Shown piece after piece: positions 41,489 through 54,600 of a stretch of 64,000 nucleotides of DNA; the stretch's first letter is position 1, and every line of letters starts with the position of its first letter. Source of the stretch: Macrostomum lignano (Eukaryota); the NCBI GenBank assembly GCA_002269645.1, contig NIVC01001924.1, forward strand, positions 1 to 64,000, written 5' to 3'. The notes beneath the pieces are model-generated. The model saw nothing but the letters and a program-made list of their open reading frames with translations. It was not told the DNA's origin and ran no database searches. Both the position numbers and the translations under genes were made by a program.

Positions 41489-41565
41489 CCGTCCGTCTGC
41501 AGAGTGCAGCTTGGACTCAGCTGTTTTCCATCAGCGGGTGATTCGGCTGACTATAGTGCCAGCGT
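41489..41565 (-). other. Candidate non-coding 5' exon of the pseudophosphatase transcript
   Basis: Flanked by ttaaattaaacag| and |gtaagg on the minus strand; its only ATG gives a 4-codon uORF (MENS*). Confidence 0.35.
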
Positions 41566-42610
41566 CTGTTTAATTTAAAACCTGAACTAAATAACTAAAA
41601 CAAAGCAGAAAATGGAAGTATAGTTTTTATTTATTCGAGTACTACTTTAAATCTTAGTGGTAATATAGATAAAATTAACTGATTTATAGGTTTGGTTTTT
41701 ACGCTCTGGTAAAAATGGTAAATTTTTATTGACGTTGTATATTTTCAACGTGGAAAAAAGCTGCTTTTTTAAACAGAAAGTAAACATCAAGCCCCGAGGT
41801 GGCCCCCTGATCCATGGTTGTGCTGCCTGAAACGCAAACCCTAATATACATGTGTTTGATCAAAGTTACTGGCAAGTATATACAGTACTATATAAAACAT
41901 TTTTTGACACAAATATAATTTTGGTTTTTATATTTATTGCATTAAAATTACATAAAACTAAAAGCTAGAAGTAGAAGCAATAACTACCCAGCAAGCCATT
42001 ACTAAAAACCATGTTACTAAAGCCATTACTAAAAACCATGTTACTAAAGCCATTACTAGGCCTAAAGCCATAACTAAAGTCTTACTACTAAAGCCATTTT
42101 ATACCCACTGTTAAGAGTTGCTTGCTAGAACAAGATGATTATTTTTACCAAACACTAAATAGGGAAGTTAAGTACCCTGTCCAACATAGGAAATTTAAAA
42201 AATTGATCATTAGTTTGTGAATATATAAGGATATGTAATATTAGCAATTTAATTCGTAGCAATCTCATTACATATATTATTAACACTGTACTTAATATTG
42301 ATTTGATTTAGTGATGACACATTTTATTATTTCTGATGAGATATTTATGGTTCAATTTGAATTAATTATAAAGAAATGTTGAGCTGAATTTTTTTTTCTA
42401 AGCTTTAAATAAAGTTTGTGACTAGTAATGATTTTTAGGACAAGTATAGTTTTTAAAGCAAGATATTTGTTGTATAATGATAATAAAATGTATATCAATA
42501 CGAGTATAAGGCCTATATCACAAGGAACGAACAGGTAAATTGTAAGATGTTTCTACACTATTCAAAAGACCTTGATAACATATTTCAGCTAGCGCAACCA
42601 GAACAGAACC

Positions 42611-43435
42611 ATGCTACAAGTTGCTCTGCTCGACGTCGAAAGCTTTGAGCTTGTTAGCCAAGCCCTTGAAGACAACAAACTTCTGGTCCTGGCGCTCAGT
42701 GCCCTGCTAGTATTCCTGACGATCCGCTTTGTACATCACTGCTTATTGGGTGCTGGCACTGATGAGGCACAGCAGCCGCAGCATCCAGATCACGGCGCGG
42801 CGGATCAGAGCGCCGACTCTGCGTCTAAGAAAAGCCAAGTCGACGACAAAACGCTGATCGACGCGTTCGAGAATTCTCGGCCGCCGCAGGATCCGATTCA
42901 CGGCTTCATGGCCGGCGATCGGGACAAGGTGCCCTTCATGTGTCCCTTCTTCGAGGCGTTCAAAATGGCGCAGAAGCGATCAGAAAAAGAGCAAGAAGAG
43001 GAAGAGTTTATAGCCAAGGCCCAGCAGAAGGAACTCGAGAAGAAGGCGGCTCAATCCAAAAGTACGACCGCACCACCAGAGAAGAAAAGTACACCTCCGC
43101 CACCGAAGAAAGACTCCTTGCCGAACTCGAAAGAGAATGTTAAAAGCGACAACGAACCCCAGCAACTCACCGCGACCGCTACTGATGCTCAAGACCCACA
43201 AGACTTGAAGAATGTTCTTGGAAACGTGCCGTTCAACCACCTGCCCGGCTGTCTGAAGCGCCAAGAGCAGGGCAAGCAGTTCTCGGTCATGTCTGAGGAA
43301 GAGAAGAGCCGCGAACGGCAGGCTGTCAGTCAGCAGTTAAGCGAAATCTACGCTCTGCTTGCCCAGCAACGAGAGGCCATGGGCGATACATCAATTCAGG
43401 ACATGCAGGAGCAGCTCAAGCTGTATGCTCACTGA
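42611..43435 (+). CDS. MXRA7: MXRA7-like protein (N-terminal TM, C-terminal MXRA7 helical domain), single exon, 274 aa
   Basis: C-terminus SEEEKSRERQAVSQQLSEIYALLAQQREAMGDTSIQDMQEQLKLY resembles the MXRA7 C-terminal helix (QLAAIF..FG.MS..DVQEQLRLY); TM LLVLALSALLVFLTIRFV. Confidence 0.72.
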   Translation: MLQVALLDVESFELVSQALEDNKLLVLALSALLVFLTIRFVHHCLLGAGTDEAQQPQHPDHGAADQSADSASKKSQVDDKTLIDAFENSRPPQDPIHGFMAGDRDKVPFMCPFFEAFKMAQKRSEKEQEEEEFIAKAQQKELEKKAAQSKSTTAPPEKKSTPPPPKKDSLPNSKENVKSDNEPQQLTATATDAQDPQDLKNVLGNVPFNHLPGCLKRQEQGKQFSVMSEEEKSRERQAVSQQLSEIYALLAQQREAMGDTSIQDMQEQLKLYAH

Positions 43436-43509
43436 CTCGTGTAAACATGCGCGATGCATCGATCCGCATAGCAGCTGGATTAGTGACAGTAGCTAGTGTA
43501 TTTTCTAGG

Positions 43510-43705
43510 GGATCACGTCGGCCTGGAGGTGGTCACATCGGTCTAGGTCACACTCAGTCTAGGAGGTCACATCCGTCTAGGAGGTCATATCAGTCTAGGT
43601 CACATCAGTCTATGAGATAACGTCAGTCTAGAAGGTCACGTTGGTCTAGGAGGAGGTCGCATCAGTCTAGGTCACATCAGTCTAGGAGGATGTCATCGGT
43701 CTGAG
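43510..43705. repeat. Short degenerate repeat (GTCACATCAGTCTAGGAG core)
   Basis: Read directly. Confidence 0.8.
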
Positions 43706-45766
43706 ATAAGATGAAGACTTGATCCGTCCACGTTGGAAAATGTTTATTAACCGCGGACGATAGAAAATGAATAATATAATAAGTTTAGGAAAATCAAGGA
43801 CTAACCCAATGAACCTAATGACAAGCTGAAACATTATGTTATGAATCTCTAACCAGACATTTTAACTTAAAGATGTGACTGTAAAACATGGTGATTAGCA
43901 GTCCAACTATACCAAGGAAGATTCCCCTTGAAAATTTTTCGCGCAACTCAGGCGCACGAAATTCTAGCTGAACACGGACTAACTTTTTGTTGCGCACCTT
44001 CTCAAAGAAGAATCCAGTCGCCAGCCCTCCAGAAATTTGATCATAAAGTGATTCAGGACCGTCAAGATATTCAACAATTCTGCCAGGTCGGATCTTTCCC
44101 ATAAATAAGCGCCAGTGTATTCAGTACACCCCTGTGCGCCAATCAGCACTACGCCTCAGTGCAGCCTTGCCGAGCCTCCAAATTTCATCAGCACGTCGAC
44201 CGCATGCGTCCGCATCAGCTCTGAATTCGTTAGTCACTGGCCTTCACCCAGGCAGAGCTTCTGGACCTTCAACAGGTGTCACCAGGTGACTATGGACACC
44301 CTATTGCGATTTTCTACAGTTTGACCTATTAAGCCTTGATAATGGGCGAACTGAGAAAATCCAGCAACTGCTGGACATCCTCAGTTAGTCTCTCAAGCAT
44401 TTAATCATTACTCCAACCACCGTCGGCACCTTTAACAGGTGACAAAAGTTGATTATATGAATTGTTGAGTATTATCTCAACGATCCAGAGAGCTATCGAA
44501 TTAATTTTTGTTTGCAGCAAAGCTACGCAACCATAAAAGTTAACTCGTGTTCTTGAATTTCGTGTGCCTGCCTTACTAGTTTCGGCGCAGCAAGAAAGAT
44601 TGTCAAGGGAATTGGAATTCCCTCCCTTTGGTAGTTCGACGGGTGGAAAAATGGCTTGGGTATTCTTACTGTTAATCAAGACTGCATAGAATAAATATAT
44701 AGGGCCGGGGCTCAGCTACTGCATAAAAAAGACGACTCTAAGTAAGAAAAGTTAGGCACAATAGATATAAGGCGTGAGTACGCAAAGGATTTTTAACTAA
44801 TTACTAAGAGCTATAGCCTAAAGACTATAGGGAAGGGATTTAGGGAAATAATTACCACGAAGAGAAATTCTCACTGTGTACCTGTAATTAGCGCTTCATG
44901 CATGCATAGCGGGAATCCGATCGTAACCCACTAGCTGTCAGTCAGTTTGTATTGTTATTATAATTAAAAATATTTTGCGCAAGCAGCATTGCAAATGCAC
45001 GTATATTTAAACTGTTTGACTGTCTGCACACCTGTCAACATCTTTATCTAACACAAAATGCAATTGACCTCTTTAATAGCGGCGTGAACTTTAGTCGTCG
45101 AATTGTTTTGTTTTTATTTGAAGGTGATTTAATTTCACAATTTTATCGATTTTCTTATCGAAACAGAGCACCTCAATTGCACCTTTGCAGTTAGTATAGC
45201 TCCACTTGCAATCATTGTAAAGATTTTTTTATCGCTTTTACACTCGAAAACTTAATGCATTCGTCTGTTCGTTGTATTGTTAATTGCATTCCATATAACC
45301 GTAGTTTAAACAAAATTGCACTTTCAACTTCAAGCTGTGAATTGTTTTGATTACAACAGTAAAAACCCACTTGCAAGTTTTTTGTTTTATTTTCAAACAA
45401 AACGTTTTTATTGTTTCTTTAGCCCTAGTCAAGCAGTATTTTAAAATGATCGTCCGTCTATTTGGTAGTTTTGCCAGCTTTTATGTAAGTGTTTTTGTGC
45501 TCCGTTTGCTTCTTAATTAGCAGCTCTTTTGGCGCGAAAGATTTGTCAGTAGTGCTTAAGTGAGTAGTATCATGCAGGACATTTTGTAGTTTTTTGCGAT
45601 TTTATTTTACCAGTAACAAGTCTCATTTTTACATTCAATAAATAAGTGGGCCGGAACATTGTGATTTTCTATTACTAAAAGCTTGACGATTTTCTGTGCA
45701 CTATATAATAAACTACGCAGAGTTCAATGGCGTTTTTATGGCCTTCATTTACATTTATTTCTTTTC

Positions 45767-45950
45767 GGGGCTGAAGATCCTACAGTGGTTTGAGCGTCGG
45801 ACTCACGACTTGAAGGTCGGGGGTTCGATTCTCGATCCCACTGGAACAATTTGTGTCCTTGAGCAAAACACTTAACACTGCATTGCTTCAGCTCACTCAG
45901 CTGTAAAATGGTTGCCAGCATTAGCTGGGGTAATTGAGGGTGTGTGGCGA
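45767..45950 (+). mobile_element. tRNA-derived SINE with a V-SINE-like core
   Basis: A-box-like CAGTGGTTTGAGCG (45783-45796) and B-box GGTTCGATTC (45822-45831), followed by GTGTCCTTGAGCAAAACACTTAAC...CATTGC, a conserved SINE core-type motif. No tRNA acceptor stem. Confidence 0.75.
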
Positions 45951-47231
45951 CCCCCCCCCAGTATTACCAACAGAGCTATTAGAAAGGCAAAACATATCAA
46001 AAGATGAACAATGGGTCTCCCCTCTATCGAAAGCAATAAATTTTTTTCTGCTGAAAAGATTGAACCTCCCAATCTTCGTAATCTACTTTTTTGGTTAAAC
46101 CTTGAGTAGTCCTTACCTACGACTTAAAGCTATTTAAAAAGAAATCAAATAAAGACTGAATATTGCCAGGAAAAACCCACCTAAGAAACCCCAAATCCAG
46201 CGGTGTGCATAGCTAGCGAGGCTACCGTTTCGTCACAACTAGTTTCTGTCACAAGGACTCCACCTCCTGCGCGACACCCGGAGCCCTCTGCGGCTTAGAT
46301 CAAAGTAATTCTACTTCATTTTTTTCATCACAAGCTACAGAATTCCTTTAAACTGTAAACTAAACGAAAGTTTCACCGATTTAATAACTACAACAGAAAC
46401 AGAGGAGTTCTAAAAACATTTCACAATCAGTATGAAGACACCAAAGACACTAATAATAAATGACAGTCAAATCTCTTTGCTCGATTGCCAGTTTATTATT
46501 TTTATTACCAGATGATCAGAACGATAAATTAGAACTCAGCAAAATTAATCACCACAAAATAAATATTTGATTAATAATCTTATTAATAATTATAACTGAT
46601 GACTGGGGCGCATACAGGCTGAGTGAGTAGTCAAGCAAAATAAGAGAAAAAAATTGTCATTCATATGATAGAACTGACCCAAAATTTTTATGCCAAATGA
46701 GTATGCATGAGTAGCTCAGTAAATGGGATTGGGTCTAGATAATATAATATACACACAATTTACCACTGACAGTGACGTTTTGGTTGTCGTTTTCTAAGAA
46801 ACGAGGTTCCATGTCATTCTACTTAAGTCGTCCTTGAAAACGATTCATGAGTAGTCCTTGGTTATTACAACATTTGAATCCTTTTTTAACATCTAGTTAA
46901 CATCAAGATTCGCAAATTGAAAACAAAACAGTCAGAAGTTCAAAGACGTTTTTATTTCTAAATCGACTTAGGAAATTCTTTAACCTTACTCCTAGCCTAA
47001 AGAAGTATTTCTCTTCGTCCTTTTGTAGGCTCATTTTTTGGATAAATCTGCGTTTTGCTTTTACGCTACTATCAGTAGTTTTATCCCAGGAAAATATCAG
47101 AATTCGGTTAGTTTTAAGGGTTTGCTAACATTATTTAGGGTAGTGTTGCTTCAAATCATCTAGCGTTGATTTTCTAGCATCCATTGACTAACAATTGACA
47201 GTCTCAACTATGTTAACAGAAAGTCTAGAAT

Positions 47232-47786
47232 CTAGCTCAGCACCCGGGCAGTGAGCAGCCACATAAACAAAGGCTGCAGGCCGGCAATGAACAACAGCAT
47301 GTAGAGCCGGCGTTTGTGGCCTTCGCTAGAGTGATCGGCAGCTTGGATTTGAAAGTTCAGAGTGCGGATCTGCCAGTGGCGGTTGGGTTGAAATGAAATA
47401 TGAAAGTACATGTCAAGGTGATTACAAAATATTGCACAGTATTCAGAGTATTGCACTCACAAGAAAGAAGGCCAGTGCGGCGCCAAACCACAGTAGAGCG
47501 ATATAGAAGCCAAGCGAGCTGAATAGCAGGCCGCTGAGAACTATGGCGATCATGCTGCGCAATGTTTAGGGTGTTCAGGCAAAGTCAGGGCTTTTAGGTT
47601 TGCATGTGAATGCCCGTTTGTCTTAATCTAGATTTGGTGAGTACCTTCAGCTAGTGTCTACTGCCTATACTGTTCTCTATGATGTATTACATTTTCCGGT
47701 TGTGTCTGCCTGCCTGCCTGTTTGTCTGTCTGTCTTTCTGCCTGCCTGTCTGTCTGTCTGTCGACTGTCTTTCTGCCTGTATGTCC

Positions 47787-47837
<51 letters not shown>

Positions 47838-50088
47838 GACTGTCTTTCTGCCTGTATGTCCGTCCGTCTATCTATCTGTCTGTCTGTCTGGCTGTCGACT
47901 GTCTTTCTGCCTGTATGTCCGTCCGTCTATCTATCTGTCTGTCTGTCTGTCTGTCGACTGTCTTTCTGCCTGTATGTCCGTCCGTATGTCTGTCTGTCTG
48001 TCTGTCTGTCTGTCTTTCTGCCTGTATGTCCGTCCGTCTGTCTGTCTGTCCGTCCGTCCGTCCGTCTGTCTGTCTGTCCGTCCGTCCGTCCGTCTGTCTG
48101 TCTGTCTGTCTTTCTGCCTGTATGTCCGTCCGTCCGTCTGTCTGTCTGTCCGTCCGTCTGTCTGTCTGTCTCTCTGTCTGTCTGTCTCTTCCTTCTGTTC
48201 GCCTGTCCATTCGGAGGTCTGAATTTTGTTCATGTGTCTGCCTGCCTGCCCCCCTGTCTGTCAGTCTACCCGCAGCACCCCAAACAGCACTCACCCAACA
48301 TATTTATACCCAGCGTAGGCAACCAGATCCAAATACCTCAGCCGGGAGTTCAAATTAAATATATAGAAAGTCAGCAGCAGTGCCAGGATTTCAACCAGCA
48401 GCCACACCAGAGCTGTGCTGGTCAGCACGCCCAGCTGCTCCGGGGTGAACTTGTTGCCAATGCCAAGAGCTACTCCGCACAGCAATATATAGGTGACAAA
48501 GGCCATCACGGGGATGTACAGATCCGGCGCGTTGACATCGAACCGTGGCGCCACCGGTACAGACTGTTGCGGCTGCTGCTGCTGAGGCGCCTGCGCCTGC
48601 TCATCGCTGCTATATTTCAAACTCCAATTCTTATTAGCATAGGGAAACAATAGCAGCATTAGTTTCTTGCCAACGTAGGCATTGTCAACAGCGAAATAGT
48701 ATTTAATCCGGCTGTTAGTGACGTATTTGTTGAGATTCTCCTGCACGTACTGGGTGCCTTGACCGAACACCTGCTGGCCGTATTGCATTGCCATGTCGTT
48801 CACCATTGGATTGTTGAGCAGTTGGCCAGGATTGAAGCTGGGCTGGTAGGATTGCTGCTGCGGCTGCTGCGGCTGGCCGGGAGGCTGGTACTGCGGCTGG
48901 TATGCGCCTATTAGAAGGTTCACAAGTGTTCAGGTATGATGGAGAACAACAGCTTAATGCAGTTGACTAGATCAAAGCACTAAAGGGTCAGAAACAGCAT
49001 TAAATTTGCAATATTACTCGTATCAGTAGATTTATAATTTTAAGAGTATATAAAAACAGTGAGATTAGATAAGTGCCTAAGATAAGAGAAGGTATTTTTT
49101 TCAGTTCCATTAGAGGACACTAATAAAGTCACATTTTAGTAAGAGGGTGACTTTACAAGGTTTTAAAGTGAGATTGGGTGAGACTAGACGAAATGAGACT
49201 GGGTGAGATTGGATGAGACTGTGCGAGATTGGATGAGACTGTATGAGATTGGACGAGACTGAGTGAGATTGGATGAGACTGTATGAGATAGGGTGAGACT
49301 GTGTGAGATTGGATGAGACTGTATGAGGTTGGACGAGACTGAGTGAGATTGGATGAGACTGTGTGAGATAGGATGAGACTGAGTGAGATTGGATGAGACT
49401 GAGTGAGATTAGATGAGAATACAACTGTGAGTTAAAAAAGCTAAAAAAATGAGCAAAATAAATAAATTTCAGTAATAATGAATTCTTCATAAATAAATAT
49501 TCTAGGTCCCTTAACCAGATGAAGTTTATTGACAATAGTGCCACTAAAAATCCAGTGCTAACGCACACTGTTACTGACACAAGATTTGGGAAAGCACATG
49601 AAAAACTACTTCACCGTATTGATCACAGATCAAGAATATTGGATAATAAGTAAAACCATAAGAGCAAGCATATTAATTCTCTACACGTGGACTCACCATC
49701 CATAGAAAAGGCTTGAAACCAAAAGAAAATGAAGTAATTCGGTAAGTTGTTATAACATTGATCAATGCATTACAGTTTCAGCATGCAAGGCTGCACACAA
49801 TATTTGAGTTACACTCAGCTAAGCATTGTACTGCATGTATTGCTATAAAGTACTTTAATTGTACTTTCTAACATGCTGTTTCAACAAGCCACCTTCTAAC
49901 ACGTTTAGTCATTTCTGTTTGCAGAAATCTAGACTGAGACTTCTATTAGCAGGCAAAGACACAAATACAGACGGGTAGACGGACAGGATGACAGGCGGAC
50001 AGACACAAATAAATAACCAGACAGACAGGCAGACAGACACAGACAGAGAGATAGACAGACAGACAGACAGACAGACAGTCACGCAGAC

Positions 50089-50131
<43 letters not shown>

Positions 50132-50134
50132 GGC

Positions 50135-50177
<43 letters not shown>

Positions 50178-50180
50178 GGC

Positions 50181-50217
<37 letters not shown>

Positions 50218-50528
50218 CAGACAGACAGGCAGACAGACAGGCAGACAGTAGAAACTGAAGCGATCAAACGCCTATCTCTAACAAAGCCCTAATAAAACCT
50301 CGCAAGCTCGTCAAACTCACCAGCACCGTAGGGATCGCTGGCAAATGCCTGGTGAGCACTGGGATCGTAGAACCCCTGCTGCGGCGGCGGCGGTGGCGGC
50401 GGCGGCTGCATGCCAAAGCCGGCCTGCGGCATGTCGGAAGTGTCGTCGAAAAGCGCCGGCGGCGCCGCCCCCTGCTGCTGACGCGTCGGTTTTGAGGCGC
50501 CGCGATGGCGCCGACTGCCGCTGCTCAT
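47232..50528 (-). CDS. YIF1: YIF1 ER-Golgi trafficking protein (Yip1 family), 4 exons, 350 aa
   Basis: Exons 50528-50321, 48907-48295, 47554-47461 and 47369-47232, GT-AG, total 1053 nt. Motifs [60 protein letters not shown]...QP. Confidence 0.95.
47700..48260. repeat. Compound (TCTG/TCCG)n microsatellite, YIF1 intron 2
   Basis: Read directly. Confidence 0.95.
49170..49415. repeat. 20-bp minisatellite (GTGAGATTGGATGAGACTGW), YIF1 intron 1
   Basis: Read directly. Confidence 0.9.
49970..50250. repeat. (GACA)n microsatellite, YIF1 intron 1
   Basis: Read directly. Confidence 0.95.
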
Positions 50529-50974
50529 TTTTTGTTTTGTTTTTAACAAAAATTGATTTTGTTTATTCCAGTTTTGCAACGTTTAGTCTTCGCTGGGATA
50601 TGGATCTGAAAATTATTCAAAGAAGCATATACATAAATATAGTAATAAATGCTGTACTAACCGCGGCTAACTCTGCTTAACCTATAAAAAATGGATAAAG
50701 AGCGAAATATGAAATAAAATAAATTAAATATAAGTGTACACAAGGCCTGTTTATGTTTTATATAAAACTGATAGTTTATTAATAGGCTAAAAATTCTATA
50801 AATAAATAATATGTTTTACCAAAAACACGCCTTTAATAAAATCCAATAAAATATTTGTTTTTGACACACAATAACGAGGCGAGCGCAGTTCATCAATTCA
50901 ATAGTTGGACACAGCAAACTGATAACTGATCACAGATCAGAGGATTGGGAAAGTTTGGAAGCATTTAATCCAAG

Positions 50975-51510
50975 CTGGATTTACTTGGGGTCTGAACTGG
51001 ATTAACACGAGATCTGAACTGGATTAACATAGGATCTGAACTGGATTAACTTGTACTTGGGATCTGAAATAGGGATTATGGGATCTGAGTAATTTGGGGA
51101 ATATGGGATCTGAATAATCTGGGGTTTATGGGATCTGACTAATCTGGGGAACATGGGATCTGACTAATCTGGGGAATATGGGATCTGACTAATTTGGGGA
51201 ATATGGGATCTGACTAATCTGGGGAACATGGGATCTGACTAATCTGGGGAATATGGGATCTGACTAATATGGGGAATATGGGATCTGACTAATCTGGGGA
51301 ATATGGGATCTGACTAATCTGGGGAACATGGGATCTGACTAATTTGGGGAATATGGGATCTGAGTAATCTAGGGAATATGGGATCTGAATAATCTAGGGA
51401 ATATGGGATCTAAATAATCTAGGGAATATGGGATCTGAATAATATGGTGAATATGGGATCTGAATAATCTAGGGAATATGGGATCTGAATAATCTGGGTT
51501 TATGGGATAT
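50975..51510. repeat. 25-bp minisatellite (GGATCTGACTAATCTGGGGAATATG) between OMA1 and YIF1
   Basis: Read directly. Confidence 0.95.
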
Positions 51511-51623
51511 TAAGCAGTAAAAAATATTATCACTGAAATCACTGAACGAGATCACTGAAATCGCAAGTATCAGGTATTTTCAATTAAGATATGTGGCAAG
51601 CTTGCTTCCATTATTCAGTTACA

Positions 51624-54600
51624 CTATGCCCGCTTATTCTTAGAAGCGTCAGTCTCGTTGCCATGCGAGCCGCTGAATCTGTTGCGTAGGCCTTGCATGC
51701 CCCTGCGCAACAGATCGTAGACCGAGTCTGCAGGACTTTGAGCTCGTTGGCCAAGCGGCATGCAGCCGCAGGAGGCTCGGGTCGCAATGGCTCGGTCCTG
51801 CAAGCCGCGCAGCACGCTGGCTCGATCGGCACTCAGCGGATGAGTGGAGAGAAACTCTGGCACCCGAGACTCCTTCGCCTCCTCCATGTAGTCCATGAGC
51901 TCCCAGAACCTGGCCGCCTCCCTGGGATCGTAGCAGCTGGCTGAGGCGATTTCTAAGCCCACGGCATCGGCTTCCAGCTCCAGACGCCGGCTGAACGGCA
52001 TGTCAAAGAAGATGCTGATCAGATGGTCCTGTTGCAGGGGCGAGCGAACTTCGGCAGTGATGTTCAAAATCTCAAACTGGACTGGACTGTGTCTCAATCA
52101 AAATCTCACCTAAGATTCTACATCTCAATCAAAATCTCAATAAATAAGTTTGTGATCACTTGTAAAACAATCTAAAACATTTTGATACTGAGATACTATA
52201 AGATACTGACAGGTAATAATCTCACCCATGAGATCGCAATGGGTAATAATCTCACTCATAAGATTGTGACAGGCAATAATCTCACCTATAAGATACTGAC
52301 AGGTAATAATCTCACCCATGAGATCGCAATGGGTAATAATCTCACTCATAAGATTGTGACAGGTAATAATCTCACCCATAAGATTGTGACAGGTAATAAT
52401 CTCACCTATAAGATACTGATAGGTAATAATCTCACCCAGATGATTGTGACAGGAAATAATCTCAGCCAGATGATTGTGACAGGAAATAATCTCACCCATG
52501 AGATCGCAATGGGTAATAATCTCACCTTTAAGATTGACACAGGTAATAATCTCACTCATAAGATCGTGACAGGTAATAATCTCAGCCAGATGATTGTGAC
52601 AGGTAATAATCTCACCCATAAGATTGGGACAGGTAATAATCTCACCCATAAGATTGTGACAGGTAATAATCTCACCCATAAGATCGCAATGAGTAATAAT
52701 CTCACCTTTAAGATTGACACAGGTAATAATCTCACCCATAAGATTGGGACAGGTAATAATCTCACCCATAAGATCGCAATGAGTAATATTCTCATCTTTA
52801 AGATTGAGACAGGTAATAATCTCACCTAAGAGATTGTGAAAGGTAATAATCTCACCTAAGAGATTTTGAAAGGTAATAGTCTCACCTAAGAGATTGTGAC
52901 AGGTAATAATCTCACCCATAAGATTGTGACAGGTAATAATCTCACCCAGAAGATTGTGACAGGTAATAATCTCAGCCATAAGATTGTGACAGGTAATAAT
53001 CTCAGCCAGATGATTGTGACAGGTAATAATCTCACCCATAAGATTGGGACAGGTAATAATCTCACCCATAAGATTGTGACAGGTAATAATCTCACCCATA
53101 AGATCGCAATGAGTAATAATCTCACCTTTAAGATTGACACAGGTAATAATCTCACCCATAAGATTGGGACAGGTAATAATCTCACCCATAAGATCGCAAT
53201 GAGTAATATTCTCATCTTTAAGATTGAGACAGGTAATAATCTCACCTAAGAGATTGTGAAAGGTAATAATCTCACCTAAGAGATTTTGAAAGGTAATAGT
53301 CTCACCTAAGAGATTGTGAAAGGTAATAATCTCACCTAAGAGATTGTGAAAGGTAATAATCTCACCCATAAGATTGTGACAGATAATAATCTCACCCATA
53401 AGATTGTGACAGATAATAATCTCACAATTCTGAGACATAACAGTACCTGAATAGCGTATCCAAAAGCAGCCACAATATCCGGCACAAACAGCCAGGTGAG
53501 AGCGGTGAGCGGCAGCAGCACCAAGGTATAGACTGCATTGCCAATTGTGACACTTTCTCGCGAATGACCAATAAAAACGTGAGCCAATTCGTGCGCCAGA
53601 ATAAAAGCCAATTGATGGTCATTTTCCACGAATTTCAGCATGCCAGAGTACACTAAAATGTCGCCAGTACTGAAGCACATTGCGTTAACCGTCTCATCGT
53701 CTTCAATGACGCACACTCGCCAACGACAGTAAAAATCTGGAAACATTTTCTCGGCGGCTGGCAGCAGCGACTCAATAATTTCGGCCACTCGGCGCGTGTA
53801 CGGATGCTCGGAGGTGTACACTGCGCCTTCTTTTAACACGTCTTCCAAGAGGGCGTTTAACCCTAGCCGAGAGTATTCGTTTAGCCTGTCAAAATAATAT
53901 GTGCACATCATGTGAAACATTGGCCTTCTGAGCTCGATTTTAAGTGCAATTTGGGGCTAAATAATTGCAATCTCGGCTTGGCTCTGCTTGTGGCTCTGCG
54001 GCGCTAAAATGAGTGCCTGTGGCGCTAAAATGAGTGCCTGTGGCGCTAAAATGAGTGCCTGTGGCGCTAAAATGAGTGCCTGTGGCGCTAAAATGAGTGC
54101 CTGTGGCGCTAAAATGAGTGCCTGTGGCGCTAAAATGAGTGCCTGTGGCGCTAAAATGAGTGCCTGTGGCGCTAAAATGAGTGCGTGTCGCGCTAAAATG
54201 AGTGCCTGTGGCGCTAAAATGAGTGCCTGCGACGCTAAAATGAGTGCCTGAGGCGCTAAAATGAGTGGCTGCGGTGCTAAAATGAGTGCCTGCGACGCTA
54301 AAATGAGTGCTTGTGGCGCTAAAATGAGTGCCTGCGGCGCTAAAATGAGTGCGTGTCGCGCTAAAATGAGTGCCTGTGGCGCTAAAATGAGTGCCTGCGA
54401 CGCTAAAATGAGTGCTTGCGGCGCTAAAATGAGTGCCTGCGACGCTAAAATGAGTGCCTGCGGAGCTAAAATGAGTGCCTGCGGCGCTAAAATGAGTGCG
54501 TGTCGCGCTAAAATGAGGGCCTGTGGCGCTAAAATGAGTGCCTGCGGCGCTAAAATGAGTTCCAGCGACGCTTAAATGAGTGCCTGCGGCGCTAAAATGA

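Noticed and set aside
43839-44680. Broken minus-strand ORFs resembling LINE ORF1/gag
   Set aside because: The similarity is only impressionistic, with no diagnostic motif.
45767-45845. tRNA gene
   Set aside because: A and B boxes are present, but no acceptor stem or cloverleaf closes and a SINE core follows.
50528-51624. OMA1-YIF1 operon
   Set aside because: The genes are same-strand and about 1.1 kb apart, but there is no clear trans-splice acceptor before the YIF1 ATG and a poly(A) signal is available near 50775.
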